Shown: positions 43,721-45,032 of the stretch, one piece after another | How the letters are laid out: every line of letters starts with the position of its first letter | Numbering within the stretch: the stretch's first letter is position 1 | Assembly: GCA_001822095.1 (NCBI GenBank) | Contig: MHPP01000032.1 | Span: 1-45,032, forward strand | Direction of reading: 5' to 3' | DNA: 45,032 nt | DNA from: Candidatus Staskawiczbacteria bacterium RIFOXYC1_FULL_38_18 | GTDB lineage: Bacteria; Patescibacteriota; Minisyncoccia; Minisyncoccales; Staskawiczbacteraceae | Program-made: the position numbers and the translations under genes | The notes under the pieces: model-generated | Seen by the model: the letters and a program-made list of their open reading frames with translations, nothing else | Database searches by the model: none | What the model was told of the DNA's origin: nothing

Positions 43721-45032
43721 ATGAAAAAAACTTTTTTTAGGAATTGTTTTATATTATTAACCGGCGCGATACTTGTTGTAAGCGCTTTTTTTGTGTTTGC
43801 AGAACCCGTTTTTGCTGATACGGCCGATTACCCTGTAACCAGCGGGTCTGATAACAGCGGCGCGGCGTCTCAGACGTTTAATCCTTCAGACATTACTAAG
43901 CTCAACAATAGTGATGATGATAGAATGCAAAGCCAGGATTGGCCCAAAAATGTTTTTACTTATGACGAGACAAAATATATTGAATTTATTTTCAGTCCGA
44001 GCGTGCCTTCGGGCGCCTCAATATCCAGCGTGCAAGTAACTCATGAATATAGAAAGTCGGGAACTTTAAGTGGCGCAAAGCTGGAAATATGGAATGGGGG
44101 CGTTTGGCATGATGAGGTCTTAACTATTCCAGCGGTGTCTAACAACGACCTTTCTCAAACAATCGATGTTGGTTCTTATATAAATACGCCAACATCGGTT
44201 AACGAAATAAAAATAAGATTTTTAGCATACCGGGACGATAATAACAATACAAAAACTAGCCATGATTATATAAGGGTTTCTGTTGCATATACTGCAATTG
44301 ATTGGGTTGCTGTATTTAACGGCATACATGATTCATTAGTTGCGGGAGGGATTAACAACAATATTGATACCTGTGGAGCGACGCCAACGGCTTGTTTGGG
44401 TTTATATTTTGAAAAAACAGATTTTGGAAAAATAACTTTTAGCAGTTCATTGGATTTAACCGCCAGCGAAACGCAAACATTTTTGCAAAATTTGGGGAGT
44501 CAGTTAAATATTTCCAGCGAACAAGTTTCTCTTGATGTAAGCACAGCAACGGAATTTCAAAACAAAGGAGCCGCTTTGGAAATGTATGGTTTTCCTCATG
44601 GCGACGGAATTGATGCAGTTACTCAATCTGAATTGGTTGTTAAAAACGACAGCGGCGCGGTAATTGACCCCGCAGATCTAGCATATCCGTTAATCAGCAA
44701 TTTTGCTTGGGACAATTCCACCGGCACGGTAGCTTTTGGCGCCAGCCATTTCACAGGATTTTTCTTAAACGACACAATTAAGCCGTTTATAATATCTTTT
44801 AGCGTTCCGGAGGCTTCATCTTCATTAACTGTTTCCGGAATTACAGTTACTGCACACGACAACCGCGGAGTTGCCGGATATATGTTTACAGAAACCAGCA
44901 CCAAGCCGTTAGTCAGTTCGCTTGATTGGTCTTCGGGCGCGCCGTCAACTTATGTTTTTGCTACTCCCGGAACCAAAACACTTTATGCTTGGGTAAAAGA
45001 TGGCTATGACAATGTTTCTGATTTATATACAA
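43721..45032 (+). CDS. Large secreted/surface protein with beta-sandwich domains, 3'-truncated
   Basis: ATG 43721 with signal peptide (MKKTFFRNCFILL...VFA|D). The frame appears open to the window end, finishing ...GTKTLYAWVKDGYDNVS. Confidence 0.75.
   Translation, partial: MKKTFFRNCFILLTGAILVVSAFFVFAEPVFADTADYPVTSGSDNSGAASQTFNPSDITKLNNSDDDRMQSQDWPKNVFTYDETKYIEFIFSPSVPSGASISSVQVTHEYRKSGTLSGAKLEIWNGGVWHDEVLTIPAVSNNDLSQTIDVGSYINTPTSVNEIKIRFLAYRDDNNNTKTSHDYIRVSVAYTAIDWVAVFNGIHDSLVAGGINNNIDTCGATPTACLGLYFEKTDFGKITFSSSLDLTASETQTFLQNLGSQLNISSEQVSLDVSTATEFQNKGAALEMYGFPHGDGIDAVTQSELVVKNDSGAVIDPADLAYPLISNFAWDNSTGTVAFGASHFTGFFLNDTIKPFIISFSVPEASSSLTVSGITVTAHDNRGVAGYMFTETSTKPLVSSLDWSSGAPSTYVFATPGTKTLYAWVKDGYDNVSDLYT

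Overview
A 45-kb AT-rich chromosomal segment read with the standard code (TGA is a stop). Gene content and architecture suggest a Patescibacteria/CPR (Parcubacteria-like) bacterium; this is an inference. The backbone is housekeeping: PheRS 3' end, gyrB, mnmA, a csoR-copA copper operon, a ComEC-type MBL protein, an adk-like kinase, secE-nusG-rplK (no rplA), a dcd-thyA fusion with a dUTPase-like gene and folA, gatB, miaA, miaB, thrS, dnaE, rnhB, rpmF-nusB-rnc-rpsP. Most of these genes have A-rich, Shine-Dalgarno-less starts. Four layers stand out. (1) About eight self-contained, more GC-rich mini-units sit between core genes. Each has a sigma70-like promoter and a terminator, often a boxA-like pyrimidine motif, and usually a strong SD. 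They carry orphan ORFs, tiny peptides, a RimI, or highly structured RNAs; two of the RNAs share the 10-mer GGAGAGTCAC at the same distance from their promoters. (2) A stranded, synonymously diverged second copy of the last 19 codons plus stop of dnaE flanks two of these units, suggesting they arrived with a foreign dnaE 3' end. (3) A tandemly duplicated module consists of a DnaA-box promoter, small membrane-anchored beta proteins and a giant Cys-rich EGF/TSP1-like surface protein. (4) Many REP-like palindromes and 7-nt repeats are inserted in frame in core genes, and there is one MITE-like element. No rRNA, tRNA, CRISPR array, integrase or transposase was seen.
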